NCBI GenBank assembly: GCA_964016885.1
Contig: OZ024740.1
Span: forward strand, 345,092,001-345,156,000
Direction: 5' to 3'
DNA: 64,000 nucleotides
Source of the DNA: Eledone cirrhosa
Lineage: Eukaryota
Shown here one piece after another: positions 61,641 through 64,000 of the stretch; the first letter of the stretch is position 1, and each line of letters opens with the position of its first letter. A program made the translations under genes and the position numbers. The notes beneath the pieces were generated by a model that had not been told where the DNA came from, ran no database searches, and saw nothing but the letters and a program-made list of their open reading frames with translations.

Positions 61641-62659
61641 CAGGGAGTGAGAAAGATAGGGAAAGAAGAACATTATCAAATGCATTCTAATTTGTCCATA
61701 AAGAAGGTAAATCTTCCCGAAAGTGGTTATTAAAATATTTAAGGTGAATTTAGTGCAATGATTATTGCATATGTGATTGAAATTGATGGATATGAAAACC
61801 AAGGTTATTTATGCCATACAAAACAAAAGTGTTAAATATGTCATATTGAGATCTATCTATATATGCATGCGTAGGTGCCTATGTTTGCACATACTCGGTT
61901 ATGCTTAACATGCACGTATATATATATATACATTAAAACGGCGGTGGGATTTGCTTATAGCTATCAAAATTTAATTTACTCGTTTTTCTATGAGCATATT
62001 ACTAAAATATTACTGAAATATTGCTCAAGTTAATACCCTCATTACATTTACGATGTATGCATCTGTATCATTTCTATACATGCTCGTTTCGTATTGTTAC
62101 TGTTAAATTGATTTCGGCTCAGTTATGCCTGTGATTATATGTAGGCTTGTCAGCCGATAATATTGTGGTCCATTGTTTCATTATGTTGTTTATACAGTCT
62201 GTACTTAATATTTTCATTATTTCAATAATGAATAATTACAAATCCCAATTTTGTAATTATTTGCAGCATGATTATTGTTCTCTTTAGAAATGTGCTTCTA
62301 CATTTATCTCATATAGTAGGGCTATATTTGAAGGCACGGCAGAATCTGATTGGGAGAATCAAAATGATTTCTGGTATTTAGTTGAATCCCATTACCTTCT
62401 CTGTTAAAATCCCACTGGGGCTGATTTAGTCTTTTATTGTTACGGTTTCGATGAAACAAATTCCTGAATTATACAGAAAGTGATTAAATAAAATATCATC
62501 GCTCACCTGAAAGATGAAATGATCTTTACCCATCTTAGGAATACTTACAATTATCTCTTAGAGTTACTATGAATAGTAGAATATGTCAAATTGGCAGCAT
62601 TGGAATAGCATTTGGACTGAATGTTTTGCAGTGTGAATTCTGGCTCTCTGCACCACCGA

Positions 62660-62880
62660 CGCCAGCCTGATACTTCATATTAACGACAGCCCTTAGGAAG
62701 CGATGATCGAAGTGGCCGAAATTCTTGGATGGATCTACTTTGATCAGAGCCCCTTTGAATCCAAATGTATTGCTGGTCAGAACAATGATGTATTATGTGA
62801 GGTGGATTTCGTGATTAAATCTGCCAGGTATCGCTGACTGCCCATGTCGTCAACTAAACCACAGAGGATAAGCATGATCC
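62660..62880 (-). mobile_element. Tx1/L1-clade LINE RT remnant
   Basis: AIPGRFNHEIHLT*YII and GALIKVDPSKNFGHFDHRFLR resemble AIPGR..DN....and D..KAFDRVDH. Confidence 0.65.
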
Positions 62881-64000
62881 TCTTAAGGAGTATTTTTATT
62901 AAGTCTGTTGAGCATTGGTATGGGTCTGGAGTTGTTTATTTTGTTCCCTTTATCCTTGTTATTGTTATTGAGGCACATAACTTGCTAGTTATATATAAAC
63001 ACATATTTACATTTACGAATCAACGTACAATTTCCATATATTTGTAATTTGAGTTGTTTATACACCTGTCCATATCCATGTGTGTATATTTCTACATTAT
63101 ATATATATGATTAAAAGTAAACGTAAATTTACCGAAATAATCTCCGAAATACAATGAAATATTTGCCAACTAGCTAATATTTTTATAGACTATTTAATTT
63201 CCTTTTTCAATACTCAATAATCGAAAAAAATGTGATGGTTTATATATCTGTCGATATCATCTGAATAATGAAAACATATTTCAACGTTCATCTATCCACG
63301 TCTCCAGTAAATTACTATAAAATATGTAGTAAATATCTCATTCAAAATATCTCTTAATTTTACGCAGGTACAAAGAATATTTTACATGAATATTTTTTAT
63401 TGTAACTATACATCCATCAATCCACCCATCGATCCATTCGTACATACATACATATATACATATATACATATATACATAGATACATGCATAGTTGCATGCA
63501 TGCCTAAATACATACATACACATACATACATATATGCATGCATACATACATACATACATACATACATACATACATACATACATACATACATACATACATA
63601 CATACGTGCATACATCCTGATTACTACTTCTTTTCAGAAGAGTGCCATCTCTTCATTGAACATTGCACGCAGGTGCATTTTCAGACCCGCCTTAATTTTG
63701 CAGATACGTTCACAGCTGTGACATTGAACTGTCTGTTTCCTGGAAATGCCAGCTGGGGTGTGTCTTCATGCATTTTACCATATCTGGTCAGTCTCCGAAT
63801 TAACTTGAAAATTGAGCCACGCTCACTGCATATATATAGTGGAGTGTTTGGCGGTAGAACCATCTCACAGCGTGATTTCTCCTTGGCTCATGTGATTTCA
63901 TATCGTTAACAAAACCAGCTCTTGTTAGAAGAAATCGGCTGCATACATTGCACCCCGATTCCTATTGGATTTTCGCATGCAATTGAGTCCCGCTTACGAA

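Noticed and set aside
63620-64000. GC-richer segment with a 123-aa ORF
   Set aside because: The ORF starts in a (CATA)n repeat and no motif is recognised. Possibly a LINE remnant but unsupported.

Overview
This is an AT-rich, repeat-saturated eukaryotic window. The SINE, LINE and microsatellite make-up suggests an animal, probably a coleoid cephalopod such as Octopus (inference). No intact protein-coding gene is supported. Nearly all listed ORFs are translations of (TA)n/(CA)n/(GA)n microsatellites, and the rest are decayed transposons: an internally deleted mariner, two Penelope-like (PLE) RT/GIY-YIG fragments, RTE, CR1-like, Tx1/L1-like and R4/Dong-like LINE fragments, and tRNA-derived SINEs. 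A few weak minus-strand exon candidates exist. The main signal is a set of non-coding inserts (about 0.1-1.6 kb) lying inside or beside (TA)n tracts, arranged as partial tandem and head-to-head inverted copies of about 480-580 bp units, most carrying a type I hammerhead ribozyme fold (retrozyme/PLE pseudo-LTR-like). One 542-bp family has a hammerhead with a swapped G3-C8 core pair (GUGAUCA instead of CUGANGA) in all three copies, and one of its arms starts at the predicted cleavage site. It shares additional ordered motifs with a 547-bp family whose core is canonical. All folds were assigned by eye, and activity is untested.
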